From: Bacillales bacterium
GTDB lineage: Bacteria > Bacillota_I > Bacilli_A > RF39 > UBA660
DNA length: 64,000 nt
Direction: 5' to 3'
Assembly: GCA_016288795.1 (NCBI GenBank)
Contig: JAEELI010000007.1
Coordinates: 5,142-69,141 of the forward strand
Shown: piece after piece, positions 1 through 9,027 of the stretch
Position numbering within the stretch: position 1 is the stretch's first letter
How the letters are laid out: each line of letters begins with the position of its first letter
Program-made: the position numbers and the translations under genes
Notes under the pieces: model-generated
Database searches by the model: none
What the model saw: the letters and a program-made list of their open reading frames with translations, nothing else
Told to the model about the DNA's origin: nothing

Positions 1-1362
1 GGTGAATTAAAATTAACTATCATGGCTACGCTTGCTCAAAATGAAAGTAAAAAAACATCACAGAGAGTTAAAGCAGGACAAAAGATATCATTTCAAAATG
101 GTGTTTTTTATGGGACAGGCAACATTCTAGGATATGATAAAATCGGTAAAGATATGATTGTTAATCCAGAACAAGCTGAAGTAGTAAAGTTAATATTTAA
201 ATTATATTTAGAGGGGTATGGAACATTAAAAATAAAACATGAATTAGAAAAAAGAGGAATACCAACAGCTACTGGATTAAAAGTATGGAGTTTTGGAACA
301 ATATCAAGAATATTACAAAATTCTTTCTATTGTGGAATTATTACTTATAGAAAAGAATATGTAGCAGATTATTTGGAACAAAAGAAAAGAAAAAATTTAG
401 GTCAAGTTGAGAAAATAATAGTTAAAGGAAAACATGAGCCAATCATTGATGAGGATACATTTAATTCAGTTCAAAAGCTGATACAATCTAGATCTGTCTA
501 TAAAGAGGATAAAAAGCAAAAAATGATGAGTGGTTCTGCACAAGATTTATGGTCAAAAAAATTATTTTGTGAATGTGGTTCGAAAATGAATAGGAGAGTA
601 TATAGTAAATCTGGTGGGAGAGTAAATTATGGTTATGTTTGTTATAGACAAAAAAATGAAGGTTCTGCAAGAAAAAGAGAAAAATTAGGTTTAGATACAG
701 AAGGATTTTGTAATATATCTGTAGTTCAAGAATGGAAATTGGATATGATGGCTACACTTATATATAAAAAAATAATTAGAGAAACTGGAACATTAAAAAA
801 AATAGCATTAGAATCACTTGAAAATTTTGCTAAATCAGGAAATATAAATATAATTAGTAATTCAGAATTAATTAATATTGATAAACAGTTAGAATGTAAT
901 AAGGATAAGAAGGATAGATTATTAAGCACTTATGTAGAAGGTTTTATTACAAAAGAGCAGTATTCTAATAAACTAAATGAACTAATAGAATATGAAAATA
1001 AACTTTTATCTAGAAAAAAAGAACTTGAAGAAAAAGCTGAAAATAGCGATATTGATATTAAAAAGAAGATAAGACTTATGAAACAACAAATTGAATCTAA
1101 ATTAGAATTTGATATGTATAGTTTATCATCTAGAGCTGTAGATCTTTTTGTAGATAAAATAGTTGTTCATGAAAATAGATTCCAATGGAAAATTAATTGT
1201 ATATCAAATATAACAAGTTTAGATAATCCATCTTCAGAATTAGGAAAATTATTTGCTAAACTTGTTATTACACCAGATGATGTTAGAAGATATAATATGA
1301 AATTAAATCAATTAAAAAGAGTTTGTCAAAAGGAGAACATATTGATTGAAATATATGTTTAG
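1..1362 (+). CDS. Large serine recombinase, 5'-partial (N-terminal catalytic domain lies upstream of the window)
   Basis: The frame is open from nt 1 (GELKLTIMATLAQNESKKTSQRVKAGQ, the end of a resolvase catalytic domain). A recombinase domain follows, then a zinc-ribbon-like Cys cluster (CECGSKMNRR...YVCYRQKN) and a C-terminal coiled-coil, as in large serine recombinases. Confidence 0.8.
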   Translation, partial: GELKLTIMATLAQNESKKTSQRVKAGQKISFQNGVFYGTGNILGYDKIGKDMIVNPEQAEVVKLIFKLYLEGYGTLKIKHELEKRGIPTATGLKVWSFGTISRILQNSFYCGIITYRKEYVADYLEQKKRKNLGQVEKIIVKGKHEPIIDEDTFNSVQKLIQSRSVYKEDKKQKMMSGSAQDLWSKKLFCECGSKMNRRVYSKSGGRVNYGYVCYRQKNEGSARKREKLGLDTEGFCNISVVQEWKLDMMATLIYKKIIRETGTLKKIALESLENFAKSGNINIISNSELINIDKQLECNKDKKDRLLSTYVEGFITKEQYSNKLNELIEYENKLLSRKKELEEKAENSDIDIKKKIRLMKQQIESKLEFDMYSLSSRAVDLFVDKIVVHENRFQWKINCISNITSLDNPSSELGKLFAKLVITPDDVRRYNMKLNQLKRVCQKENILIEIYV

Positions 1363-1567
1363 GTGTATAATTTAATTGTCATTTAGCTAATATTTGTATA
1401 AAAGTAGTATTCTTAATCGGCCCGAACTTCAACGCAGCACAAGCCGCAATTAAAGCAAAAGACAATAAGTAATTGATTATAAAGACTAGAGATATCTAGT
1501 TTTTTATCATTATTTTTTGTTGCTAATCAAAAAATGATATGCTATTATTCCAATAGAGGTGATATAA

Positions 1568-1951
1568 ATGATAAATGAAAATAATAAAGGTAATGATGGA
1601 ATTGATTCATTAAAAACAGTATCATCTAATAATACAATTGAGAGTAATGATACTGATAGTCATATTATATATTATAATGAAAAAGGGAAGAAGTCTTTAT
1701 ATCTGTGCTTTGTCCCTATTGTTATATTTTTGATTGGGTATATACATTCTGGTGGCAGTTTTAGTGAAGGTGATGGCGGTGCAGTTTGGTGGTTGTATTT
1801 TCCATTACTTTTGGCTGTATCACCAATAACGATGTTAGTTAGTATTTATTTAGGAATAAAAGGATTAAAAGGCAAAAAAAAAATCTTATCCTATTTAAGT
1901 CTTTTAATTAATGCATTAGAAATAATATTTGTGATTACTGTGTTTAAATAA
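1568..1951 (+). CDS. Hypothetical small membrane protein
   Basis: 127 aa with a polar N-terminus and 3 predicted TM helices. RBS-like AGAGGTGA lies upstream. Confidence 0.4.
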   Translation: MINENNKGNDGIDSLKTVSSNNTIESNDTDSHIIYYNEKGKKSLYLCFVPIVIFLIGYIHSGGSFSEGDGGAVWWLYFPLLLAVSPITMLVSIYLGIKGLKGKKKILSYLSLLINALEIIFVITVFK

Positions 1952-2217
1952 TAATTAATCAAATTAATATCTGAATTATTGTTGATTATCGTAGCAATAC
2001 TATTTCATAATTCTTTCTTTTGAAAAATTAGAAGAAATAATTATTAAATAATTAGACATTTTTGTTTATACTGCTCCAGCTTTCAGTGTGGTAAAAGCTG
2101 CTATAGCCGCCATAGCTTTTGGATTATGTTTAGCTGCTATGAGTTAAGAATTTTAATTAAAATGAGTTTATACTCATTTTTTTATGTTATAATTATAGAT
2201 AGAATGGAGTAGATAAA

Positions 2218-3939
2218 GTGAGTTCTAGAATAAAAATGAAAAAAAGACTTAAATGGATTTTGTTAGGTTTAATATGTTTAATTGGTATCACTATTCTAGT
2301 TTTATGTCTTAATAAGAACGCAATGAATAAATTGTTCCATAAATCTTTGGCGGGCAATAAAATTGCCTCTGGTCTATATAAATATGATTTTATAAGCAAG
2401 AATAGTGTCAATAGTGTTACAATTAGAGATGATAAAGTATATTACTTAGTATCAAATGAATATACTTATAAATTATATGAATTGAGCATTTGGACTAATG
2501 AATCTAAATTTATTGATGAAGTTAAAAGCGATGTATGTCTTTTGAATAATGACTATATAACTTGCTATAATGGCGCTGCTACTATTGTATATGACTTTAA
2601 TTTCAAAAAAATATATAGTAGTGAGGAAGGCTTTAATATAGTTCCATATCAAGATTCTTATCTTATTATAGAAGAGAAAGATATCTATTTTAATAATAAA
2701 AAAATAAGAACTATTAGGGATGATATTGAAAATATTGACATTATCAATTATTATACTACTACTAATAATACTTATATAATATTTATATTTATAAATGATC
2801 TCTACTTATATGATGTTAAAGAAGATGTCTATACTAAGTTGGATACTAATGAAGTGTATTTATATGAAAATGGCTATTATTATGGCACTAAAGATAAAAT
2901 AGTTATTAAGAATTTAGATAATGGTTCTACTAAGGAATATGATAATTTTAAAAAAGATGAAAATCTTAGCTTTAGTGCAGTTAGAGATAATTTATACTTC
3001 CATATGGACAAAAAGTATTTAAAAATATATAATCTTGAAACTAATAAGTTTAAATATATCAATCATGGATTCAAGAAATCTGTAGATCAAGTTATATTAA
3101 AAGGAGATTATTTGTATTTAACATTCCAAGGCGATAATCCTGAACTATATGTAGTAAAAATAGATGAAATTGATTCAAAAGAAATGACAATTGATGAATA
3201 TAATAAAATTCAAGCTAATAAAGTTAAAACGAGAGTAGAAGAGTTAGAAAAAAAATATACTGGTTTAGAAATAGTGTATGATACTAAAGATTATGAAGAA
3301 ATACAAAAATGGTCAGAAAAATTAGTTGATGAAACAAGTTATGAATATCTTTATGAGGCTTTGGATGCAATAGATACGGTGTTTAGTAAATTAGGAAATG
3401 ATTTCATTGACCTATTTAAACACGATGAATATAAAGGAATAAGAATAATAATAACGGAACAAATAATCACTGGTTCAGATTACAAAATCAGCAATTTGGC
3501 AGGTTTGTCTTTTCCCAATTATACACACTATAATATGATTATTTCTCAAAATGGAATGCCATATGAAAAGGTTTTGTGTCATGAAATGATGCATACAATA
3601 GACTCTAATGCATTAAATTTAAAATATGACATCGGTGGTAATTGGTATGATTATAACCCTAAAGGATTTGAATATAATATAAATAATTATAATGATGACA
3701 ATGCTGAATATACAACTTATTCCTACAGTGATGATGATGTATATTTTGTGGATTCTTATGCTAAAGTTAATCAAAGCGAAGATAGAGCAAGAACTTTTGA
3801 AAATATATGTTACGTAGATGGAGAAAGTATTATTAAGAAATATCCCAATTTATTGAAAAAAGCTGAGTACATAAGAGATGAATTACTTAAGTATTATCCA
3901 TCACTAAAGAATTCAACAATATTTGATAGTATACAATAA
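2218..3939 (+). CDS. Membrane-anchored putative zinc metallopeptidase (HExxH, anthrax lethal-factor-like/zincin fold)
   Basis: N-terminal TM helix (WILLGLICLIGITILVL). The C-terminal domain has HEMMH followed by a downstream E-containing motif (SEDRARTFE), consistent with a zincin third ligand. Confidence 0.5.
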   Translation: MSSRIKMKKRLKWILLGLICLIGITILVLCLNKNAMNKLFHKSLAGNKIASGLYKYDFISKNSVNSVTIRDDKVYYLVSNEYTYKLYELSIWTNESKFIDEVKSDVCLLNNDYITCYNGAATIVYDFNFKKIYSSEEGFNIVPYQDSYLIIEEKDIYFNNKKIRTIRDDIENIDIINYYTTTNNTYIIFIFINDLYLYDVKEDVYTKLDTNEVYLYENGYYYGTKDKIVIKNLDNGSTKEYDNFKKDENLSFSAVRDNLYFHMDKKYLKIYNLETNKFKYINHGFKKSVDQVILKGDYLYLTFQGDNPELYVVKIDEIDSKEMTIDEYNKIQANKVKTRVEELEKKYTGLEIVYDTKDYEEIQKWSEKLVDETSYEYLYEALDAIDTVFSKLGNDFIDLFKHDEYKGIRIIITEQIITGSDYKISNLAGLSFPNYTHYNMIISQNGMPYEKVLCHEMMHTIDSNALNLKYDIGGNWYDYNPKGFEYNINNYNDDNAEYTTYSYSDDDVYFVDSYAKVNQSEDRARTFENICYVDGESIIKKYPNLLKKAEYIRDELLKYYPSLKNSTIFDSIQ

Positions 3940-3972
3940 TAATTGTAAAACAATGCAAAATAGTATTCTGCA

Positions 3973-4302
3973 TTGTTTTTTTATGATAAAAAAATAAATA
4001 TAGAATGTAGTGTTTTAATGACCAAAATACCTAAAAAAACGAAAAAGTTAAATGAATATGGTCTTATATCATTGTGTTTGGCATTGATTCTTCCTTCTGT
4101 ATTGCTTTATGACTATGTTTTATTTCCAAACAAGACTAGTGGAACATATGGGCTATATACACCTTTATATCTTATTTATGGTGAAGGTCCTGTTCCAATT
4201 AATTCGTTAATTTTGGAGTATCAGGTTCAAAAAGAGAAACCAAAGGATTATGCTATGCGGGTTTTGCAGTTATCTTTATTAAAGTTTTATTATTTTTTTT
4301 AG
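3973..4302 (+). CDS. Hypothetical protein (doubtful)
   Basis: ORF only, with no clear RBS. It could be spurious. Confidence 0.2.
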   Translation: MFFYDKKINIECSVLMTKIPKKTKKLNEYGLISLCLALILPSVLLYDYVLFPNKTSGTYGLYTPLYLIYGEGPVPINSLILEYQVQKEKPKDYAMRVLQLSLLKFYYFF

Positions 4303-4441
4303 CAGTATTTGGCGGTCCCCTTTTATTTAAATAGTTATTACGGTATAACAGTATTATTTAAAAGAGATAGACACTGCATAACGAAATAATATTGAGAAAA
4401 AAGGCCAAATGTTGTAAAATAATATTAGGAGGTCAAGAATT

Positions 4442-4828
4442 ATGGAAAAATTAGAGGCTTGTAATGCATTAATAGCTGGATTAAATGCTGCTGAGTTTGC
4501 TGAGTACAAAAAATTTGATGAAGCTGCTGGTGCATACCAAACAGTTCAAGAACCAATACAAGAGGGAATAAAGGAAATTGCAATCCAATATGTTGAGAGT
4601 CTTGCCAATACTGAAGGAAATACATATACAATTTATCGTGGTCAAGATAGCTCAGCTGATTATGCTTGGTTCTTAAGATTTACTGGACTTGATGTTGAAT
4701 TAGTATCTGTAATAGATGATGGAATGCAACATCATGGATATTATAATACTCCTGGAGCAATTCTATATGGAGTTAAAACTTTAGAACATGATAGAGCCGT
4801 TTTAGACGGAAAAACTCAAAGCATGTAA
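4442..4828 (+). CDS. Hypothetical cytoplasmic protein, paralog A of a tandem pair
   Basis: RBS AGGAGG sits 7 nt upstream. It has noticeably higher GC than its neighbours. It shares motifs with the next ORF (IAIQYVE/LAIEYIE, WFLRF/WFLRY, LDGK) and is followed by a stem-loop terminator. Confidence 0.55.
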   Translation: MEKLEACNALIAGLNAAEFAEYKKFDEAAGAYQTVQEPIQEGIKEIAIQYVESLANTEGNTYTIYRGQDSSADYAWFLRFTGLDVELVSVIDDGMQHHGYYNTPGAILYGVKTLEHDRAVLDGKTQSM

Positions 4829-4847
4829 TTTTATAAACGATTAACTA

Positions 4848-4880
4848 AAAAAAGCACTTTATAAAAATGTGCTTTTTTAT
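4848..4880 (+). terminator. Rho-independent terminator
   Basis: aaaaaaGCACtttataaaaatGTGCtttttt, an A-run/hairpin/T-run. Confidence 0.6.
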
Positions 4881-4943
4881 TTAAAAAAGATTGTTTTATT
4901 TAATTTTTAATTTGTGATATAATTAAAGTAGAGGAGGGAAATA

Positions 4944-5306
4944 ATGGAAAATGATATTATTAAGAATAAGCAATTAGCGTGTAAAAATTTAATAGATGAA
5001 ATAAGTAAATTAGAAGTAGAAGATGAACTAAAAAATCTTGCAATTGAATATATTGAAAACTATGCTTCATATGAAGGCATAGAACAAATTCTTCTTGCAG
5101 GCGAAGATTCTTGGGATCATTTTACTACTTTTCATAAATGGTTTCTTAGATATTTAGACTCAAAAGTTGAATTAGTTCACGAATATGGTAACGTAACTTC
5201 AGAAGAAAAAATCTTAAGTGATCCGCTTGGTATTGTCTCAGAAATTGGTAATATGAAATCTAAAGAGTATTCGCTTGATGGAAAAAAGGATTATAAACTA
5301 GAATAG
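4944..5306 (+). CDS. Hypothetical cytoplasmic protein, paralog B of the tandem pair
   Basis: RBS GAGGAGGG. It is paralogous to 4442..4828 and is followed by a near-identical terminator. Confidence 0.55.
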   Translation: MENDIIKNKQLACKNLIDEISKLEVEDELKNLAIEYIENYASYEGIEQILLAGEDSWDHFTTFHKWFLRYLDSKVELVHEYGNVTSEEKILSDPLGIVSEIGNMKSKEYSLDGKKDYKLE

Positions 5307-5401
5307 TTTGTATTTGCTTTTGGCTATGGTAATGTCTTATCTAAAATGAGTAATGTATGTTTTTATTCATCAAGTAGAAATAGTTAACTACTTAAATAAT
5401 T

Positions 5402-5436
5402 AAAAAAACACTTTATTTAAAAAGTGCTTTTTTATT
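5402..5436. terminator. Bidirectional rho-independent terminator (duplicate of the 4848 terminator)
   Basis: aaaaaaCACTTTatttaaAAAGTGcTTTTTT. It serves the convergent genes 4944..5306(+) and 5440..6336(-). Confidence 0.55.
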
Positions 5437-5439
5437 GTA

Positions 5440-6336
5440 TTAAAGACTTAGATCATCTGAAAGTTCTTCGGTTAATTTTTCAACAGAACTGACAAATATA
5501 TGATAGGTGTTATTAATCTTGTCTATAGAATCTACGTGGTTACGTATTCTATTAGCTATTTCATCTTTAGTTTCTTCAGATAAACCCTCAGGATAATCCA
5601 ATCTTATTTTACCAATCTGAATATAAAAATATCCAATATATATACCAACAGAGGAATCATCTGAAGATTTAAGAGCCTCGACAATAGAGTCCATAATATC
5701 ATCAACTGGATACTTTCCATCTTGGCAAGCCTCTTTTAATAATGCATCACTTGGATTATCCAAGTAGTATAAATACTTATATTTATCATCATCAGGCATA
5801 GTTCTTTTGGCACCCAAATCTTTTAAAATTCCAACAATCATGTTTTTTTCATAGTCAAGAGCTGCTGGTGCATTAACTTGAACATTATTAAAAGTTAATT
5901 TATTAGAATCACAGTCAAAATATAATTTTTCACAATCTTTATGATTACTTCTAGCATAATCATCCTTAAGATTTAACAATAATTCATATCTATAATTATT
6001 TGTATCTTGCGTAATATATTCTTGGAATTGATCAAGATCAGCGCCAATATCACAACTAATTATACTTTCTGCATCTTCAAGCCTAACCAAATAATCTCTA
6101 TCAGGTCCATCTTTTTTACAAGAGAAACCAAGTTTTCTTGTCAAAAGATATATAAACAATTTAAATTCATCATCAGACAAATTATACTTGATTGATTCAC
6201 CAGGTTTATAAAATAATTGATCATTAAATGTGCTTATAACTGATACTTTTTTTGCATCTCCTTTATATTCTTTTAACTGTTCAATAGTTTTCTTTTGTAA
6301 TTCTTTAACTAGATTGTATACTGCTTCGTAATTCAT
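5440..6336 (-). CDS. Hypothetical acidic cytoplasmic protein
   Basis: 298-aa ORF on the opposite strand to its neighbours, with RBS-like GGAGAAAACA. No recognisable motif. Confidence 0.5.
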   Translation of the reverse strand: MNYEAVYNLVKELQKKTIEQLKEYKGDAKKVSVISTFNDQLFYKPGESIKYNLSDDEFKLFIYLLTRKLGFSCKKDGPDRDYLVRLEDAESIISCDIGADLDQFQEYITQDTNNYRYELLLNLKDDYARSNHKDCEKLYFDCDSNKLTFNNVQVNAPAALDYEKNMIVGILKDLGAKRTMPDDDKYKYLYYLDNPSDALLKEACQDGKYPVDDIMDSIVEALKSSDDSSVGIYIGYFYIQIGKIRLDYPEGLSEETKDEIANRIRNHVDSIDKINNTYHIFVSSVEKLTEELSDDLSL

Positions 6337-6439
6337 TGTTTTCTCCTATCTATAGATAAATTATATCAAGGCTTTAATTGACAGTCAACAAATGTGCTGA
6401 TTAATGTATAGTTCAAATTATATAAATTATAAAAAACTA

Positions 6440-6467
6440 TTGATTAAAAAAAATAAAGTGGTATTAT
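6440..6467 (+). promoter_or_regulatory. Putative sigma-A promoter for the radical SAM operon
   Basis: TTGATT-N16-(TGg)TATTAT. This gives a ~190-nt leader before the ATG at 6665. Confidence 0.4.
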
Positions 6468-6664
6468 ATGAATAATATAAGTTGTTAGGGGTGTGATGTG
6501 TTATGCTAAAATGTTTGCTAATTATTTATAACATGTTACGTTTTAATCGACTTATATGCGCTTATAAATTAAATAATTTAGTAGACGATATTAATTCAAT
6601 ATAGAATTTTTGTCGTCTTTTTATTATTGTAATTTAGAATTGAGTTTAGAAAGGATGATGTTTT

Positions 6665-7933
6665 ATGAGAAAAGGAAAATATTTAATTATTTGGCCTGAC
6701 AGTGGCTTATCAACAAAGAATAATCATGTTAATGCCCCATATCATTTTATTCATCTAGGAGAAGTAGTAAACTACTTAAACAAGAAATTAGATAATTCAG
6801 TTGATGTCTTAGATATAGAAGCATCTCAAACTGAATTTCCAAGCTTTATGAAGCAGACTATAGATAATGAATATGATTCAGTTGCATTATTTCTAAATTC
6901 AGAGAATTTGTATAATGGTTTGAAATTAGTTGAATTTGTTAAAGTAATAAATCCAAAGTGTAAAGTAATAGGTTATGGAGAGATGCCGCTTTATTTACCT
7001 AAGTTTTTTAAAACAACTCAATTTGATGCCATAGTCGATAAGAATTGTGATCAAGAGTTAGCAATTCTCGATTATTTTAAATATGGAAAACAAGAAAACA
7101 ACGATAAACTTCATGATGTTTTACTTATTAATAATAATCAATTAATTAGAACTCCTAAAAAAGAAGGGTTAGACCCAAGAGAGTGGGGATTGTCCTCTAA
7201 GGAAGAAGTTCCAATTGATAAATATTTAGAGATGGAAGGAAAAAACCAATATGTTATGACCTTATCTAGAGGTTGTCCATATGGATGTAAATATTGTAAC
7301 GCAACTAGTTATTATGGAACATGTGAAAGAAGAAGAAATATTGGTTCTATAATAAATTTTATCAATGAAAATGATTATGATTATTATAAGTTTTTTTCTC
7401 CGAATTTCACTTTAAATAAAAAAGAAGCATTAAAACTATGTAAGGCAATAATAATGAATGGCAAGCCCATTAAATGGTCTTGCACTACTAGACCTGATTT
7501 ACTCGACGATGAAGAATTAATTAAAGCCATGGCAATGGCTGGATGTTATAAAATAGCTATAGGTATAGAATCTATATCAAATAAAGATTTAGAGTCTATA
7601 GATAAAAGATATGATAGTGAAGTCATTGCTAAAGGAATTAATATGTTAAAGAAATATGGAATAGAGTATAAGGCTTTAGTTATGTTTGGAGTCCCTAATC
7701 AAACCAAAGATAGTATTCTATATACTATAGAGTTTTTAAAAGATATGGGACTAACAATAAGACCTACAGCATATACACCTTTTTATGAAATGAATCATAA
7801 TATGACAGCTGAACAAATTTCTAGATACGATAAAAGAACTTATTATGATGGAATAGATAATTTATCATATGGAGATTTTTTGAGATTAATTTATGATACT
7901 GAGAATTACGAAAGGATATTAAAGAAAGAATAA
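6665..7933 (+). CDS. B12-binding domain radical SAM protein
   Basis: CPYGCKYC (CxxxCxxC) radical SAM motif after a ~190-aa N-terminal Rossmann-like B12-binding-type domain. RBS AAAGGA. Confidence 0.75.
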   Translation: MRKGKYLIIWPDSGLSTKNNHVNAPYHFIHLGEVVNYLNKKLDNSVDVLDIEASQTEFPSFMKQTIDNEYDSVALFLNSENLYNGLKLVEFVKVINPKCKVIGYGEMPLYLPKFFKTTQFDAIVDKNCDQELAILDYFKYGKQENNDKLHDVLLINNNQLIRTPKKEGLDPREWGLSSKEEVPIDKYLEMEGKNQYVMTLSRGCPYGCKYCNATSYYGTCERRRNIGSIINFINENDYDYYKFFSPNFTLNKKEALKLCKAIIMNGKPIKWSCTTRPDLLDDEELIKAMAMAGCYKIAIGIESISNKDLESIDKRYDSEVIAKGINMLKKYGIEYKALVMFGVPNQTKDSILYTIEFLKDMGLTIRPTAYTPFYEMNHNMTAEQISRYDKRTYYDGIDNLSYGDFLRLIYDTENYERILKKE

Positions 7934-8883
7934 TGTTTAAAATTGAAAATACTTTAGAAAATATAATTAAAAACGAAACTCCTGAATGTGTTTTATTTTC
8001 TGGCGGTATTGATAGCTCAGCAATTTTATATGAAAGCAAAAAATATAATGATAATGTTAAGGGTATTACTGTAGGAATAAAAGAGAATAATTCTGAAGAT
8101 ATTCGTTATAGTTCTTTGGTATCCTCTAAGTTAGATATTGACTTACTAGTTTATGAAGTAGATAAAGAATATGTTTTATCTAAAGTAGATGATGCAGTTT
8201 GTTTATTAGAGTCTTTTAATCCTGAATGGATATCTTCAACGATAACTCTTTTACTTGGAGCTGAGTATGCTAGTAAAGCCGGTTATAAGAAGATTGGCAG
8301 TGGAGAAGGAGCAGATGATATATTTGGTAGTTTTCCATTCTTTAAAGCCTATGAAGGCTCTAGGAAAGAGTTAAATTACATAATGAAATCTAGATTTGAA
8401 AAAATACCAGTTATGACTGATATTGTATCTGAAGCAAATAATGCTAAAGGTATTACACCATTCAGAAATAAAGAAATGGTTGAATGCGTCGAAAGAATTC
8501 CTTTATATATTAGAATGCAGGAAACTGCTAATATAAAGACTAAGTTTCCACTTAGAATGAGTTATATGGGTATAATTCCCCATGAAGCAATAGTTAGGCC
8601 TCAAACTATGGCATTTACTGGTTCAGGAGTTTATAGTATTATTAAAGAACTTGAAAAAGATGTATCCGATAGGGAATTTGCTAGAGCTTGTGAAGAATTC
8701 TTTCCTTTTAAGAATAAATTAGAATATGTTTTATTTAAAAAATATGTTCATTACTATAATTACTCTAGAGCTACCAACAATTATTGTATTCATTGTGGTA
8801 GCTCCATGGGTAACAATTTAGTAAATTGTCCATGTTGTCAAACAGTTCAATATAAAAAAAGAGAGTTAAAATTTAATGCTTAA
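7933..8883 (+). CDS. Asparagine synthetase C-domain-like adenylating enzyme (PP-loop ATP pyrophosphatase, no glutaminase domain) with C-terminal Cys cluster
   Basis: SGGIDSS PP-loop, GSGEGADDIFGSFPFF (the AsnB GEGADELFGGY-like motif) and PFRNKEMVE (the PFLD-like motif). C-terminal CIHC...CPCC zinc-ribbon. Its start overlaps the stop of the radical SAM gene (ATGA coupling). Confidence 0.65.
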   Translation: MFKIENTLENIIKNETPECVLFSGGIDSSAILYESKKYNDNVKGITVGIKENNSEDIRYSSLVSSKLDIDLLVYEVDKEYVLSKVDDAVCLLESFNPEWISSTITLLLGAEYASKAGYKKIGSGEGADDIFGSFPFFKAYEGSRKELNYIMKSRFEKIPVMTDIVSEANNAKGITPFRNKEMVECVERIPLYIRMQETANIKTKFPLRMSYMGIIPHEAIVRPQTMAFTGSGVYSIIKELEKDVSDREFARACEEFFPFKNKLEYVLFKKYVHYYNYSRATNNYCIHCGSSMGNNLVNCPCCQTVQYKKRELKFNA

Positions 8884-8910
8884 TTTAAAAAAAAAATTAA
8901 TGTAAAAAAT

Positions 8911-8931
8911 GCTAGATTAATCTAGTATTTT
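8911..8931 (+). terminator. Weak stem-loop plus T-run (possible terminator)
   Basis: gCTAGAttaaTCTAGtattttttg. Confidence 0.3.
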
Positions 8932-9027
8932 TTGTGTTATAATTATATAAGTGAATTTTTAGTTTTTAATTATATATTTTTAAAATATAAATATAATATA
9001 TAGAAACTTAGAATTGAGTTGAATAAT

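Noticed and set aside
488-929. Minus-strand ORFs (488..670, 726..929) inside the serine recombinase gene
   Set aside because: They lie antisense to a well-supported gene. They are low-complexity I/L/F/N-rich translations typical of spurious frames in AT-rich DNA, with no RBS.
2193-3062. Minus-strand ORFs 2193..2411 and 2880..3062 overlapping the HExxH protein gene
   Set aside because: Same reasoning: antisense, hydrophobic low-complexity, and no expression signals.
6007-6195. Plus-strand ORF inside the minus-strand gene 5440..6336
   Set aside because: Antisense overlap. It is short with no RBS.
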